This document shows, piece by piece, positions 62,660 to 64,000 of a stretch of 64,000 nt of DNA. The position numbers were made by a program, and so were the translations under genes. Where the stretch lies: contig CAWHDZ010000015.1 of the NCBI GenBank assembly GCA_963828255.1, positions 128,001 to 192,000 of the forward strand, in the 5' to 3' direction. This DNA comes from an uncultured delta proteobacterium. GTDB lineage: Bacteria; Myxococcota; Myxococcia; Myxococcales; Anaeromyxobacteraceae. How positions within the stretch are numbered: the first letter of the stretch is position 1; every line of letters begins with the position of its first letter. Under the pieces are notes generated by a model. The model was not told the DNA's origin. It did not search any database and worked only from the letters and a program-made list of their open reading frames with translations.

Positions 62660-63589
62660 ATGACCACTGCCGTGAGCATCGACGGAGTTCTCGTCCCGGC
62701 CGGGGAGGCCCGGGTCCCGGTCTTCGACCGCGGCTTCCTCTACGGCGACAGCGTCTACGAGGTGGTCCGCACCTACGACCTCGCGCCCTTCGAGCTCGCG
62801 GCCCACCTGGCGCGGCTGGCCGCCTCGGCGGAGCGGATCTTCCTGCCGCTCCCCTGGTCCGCACAGCGGCTCGAGCAGGAGATCCTGCGGGTCCTTCAGG
62901 CTTCCCGCGGCGACGACGAGGCCGATCCGGCCGCTGCGCCCTGGAACCGGGGTGAACGTTCCGTCCGGGTCGTCGTCACCCGCGGCAGCGGCGAGATGGG
63001 GCTCGATCCGGCCCTCGCCACACGGCCGCTGGTGGCCATCCTGGCGCTTCCCCTCCGCGGCCCGCCCCTCGCGGCGTACCGGGAGGGTGTATCGGCCTGG
63101 CCCTTCGGCGGTCCTGGCGCGCCCCTCCGGGGTGGCGACCCGGGCGCGAAGACCGGGGAGCACCTGTTCCATGTCCTCGCCATGCGGGAGGCCCGTGCCC
63201 ACGAGGGGCACGAGGCGCTCCTCGTCGATCGGGGCGGCTGCGTGACCGAGGGAGCCAGCTCCAACGTGTTCGCGGTCCGCGGAGGGATCCTGGAGACGCC
63301 TCCCATCCAGGCCGGCATCCTGGCCGGAGTCACCCGGGCCCGCGTCATCGCGCTCGCCCGCGAGCTCGGCGTCGCGGTCCGGGAAGCGCCCCTTCCGCTC
63401 GCGTCCCTGAACGCCGCCGACGAGGCCTTCCTCACCTCGACGGTGCGGGAGATCCTGCCGCTCGTCCGGGTGGGGGACCGGGCCGTCGGGACGGGCGCGC
63501 CAGGACCCGTGACGGCCCGGATCCACGCTTCCTTCCGGTATCGCGCCGGCGGTGGTCACGAATCTGGAAAGGTCGCCGGCGGGGAGTAG
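62660..63589 (+). CDS. Class IV aminotransferase (IlvE/Dat/PabC family)
   Basis: FDRGFLYGDSVYE, HLARL, AKT, VTEGASSNVF, GILAGVTR, EAFLTST. Confidence 0.9.
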   Translation: MTTAVSIDGVLVPAGEARVPVFDRGFLYGDSVYEVVRTYDLAPFELAAHLARLAASAERIFLPLPWSAQRLEQEILRVLQASRGDDEADPAAAPWNRGERSVRVVVTRGSGEMGLDPALATRPLVAILALPLRGPPLAAYREGVSAWPFGGPGAPLRGGDPGAKTGEHLFHVLAMREARAHEGHEALLVDRGGCVTEGASSNVFAVRGGILETPPIQAGILAGVTRARVIALARELGVAVREAPLPLASLNAADEAFLTSTVREILPLVRVGDRAVGTGAPGPVTARIHASFRYRAGGGHESGKVAGGE

Positions 63590-63609
63590 ATTCGCCATCG
63601 GAGGTCGAG

Positions 63610-64000
63610 ATGATCGGCGACGGCGACGATTCGGGCATGAGCAAGCGGAGGATGCGGAACTTCCTGGTGCACCCGGGAATCCAGCTCCGGCTCGTCAGCC
63701 ACATGCTGCTCGTGGCGACCGCCATCGGCAGCGGACTCTCGGTGATGGTCTGGACCGCCGGGCAGGACGCCGGGCCCGGTCTCGTCCTGGGCGCCGCGCT
63801 CGCGGGAGCGGTCCCCGGCCTGCTCGTCCTCGCCGTCGTCCTCACGCACCGCGTGGCCGGGCCCGCGGTGGCGCTGGCCCACACCTGCCGCCGCGTGGGC
63901 GGCGGCGATCTCTCGTTGCCCCGCCCTCTCCGCCGCCGCGACCTCCTCGGCGACCTCGCCGACGAGGTGGCGCTGATGGTCGAGGGGCTCCGCGAGCAGG
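63610..64000 (+). CDS. Membrane protein with HAMP-like segment (runs off the window edge)
   Basis: Manual translation: ..MSKRRMRNFLVHPGIQLR..TM..LTHRVAGP...GGDLS..LRRRD..L; start 63610 or 63637. Confidence 0.6.
   Translation, partial: MIGDGDDSGMSKRRMRNFLVHPGIQLRLVSHMLLVATAIGSGLSVMVWTAGQDAGPGLVLGAALAGAVPGLLVLAVVLTHRVAGPAVALAHTCRRVGGGDLSLPRPLRRRDLLGDLADEVALMVEGLREQ

Overview
Very GC-rich bacterial chromosome segment whose gene content points to Myxococcota, probably an Anaeromyxobacter-like anaerobic respirer (inference). Left to right: two different complex I (nuo) gene sets arranged head-to-head; ampG, polX, moaB and housekeeping genes; a DacZ-type diadenylate cyclase, dksA, two zinc-ribbon/FHA genes and rel; a D-/L-lactate oxidation operon (dld-II, lldEFG); a sigma-54-controlled 2-oxoacid oxidoreductase operon whose gamma and delta subunits are fused to a GltD-like flavoprotein; two divergent KamA-family genes; spoIID-queA-tgt-yajC-secDF; serC; a tRNA-Lys(UUU) with a decayed integrase beside it. 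The strongest candidate for an undescribed system is a translationally coupled 4-gene operon (48444-54995). It encodes an Fe-S/FAD/NAD(P)H protein fused to a putative di-heme b membrane domain, a 20-heme cytochrome c, a 10-heme cytochrome c and an outer-membrane beta-barrel, and could form a continuous electron conduit from cytoplasmic NAD(P)H to the cell surface. It is followed by a 368-bp non-coding element bounded by perfect 25-bp inverted repeats. Two genes carry single-base frameshifts that may be sequencing errors. All calls come from motif recognition by eye; no database searches were run.
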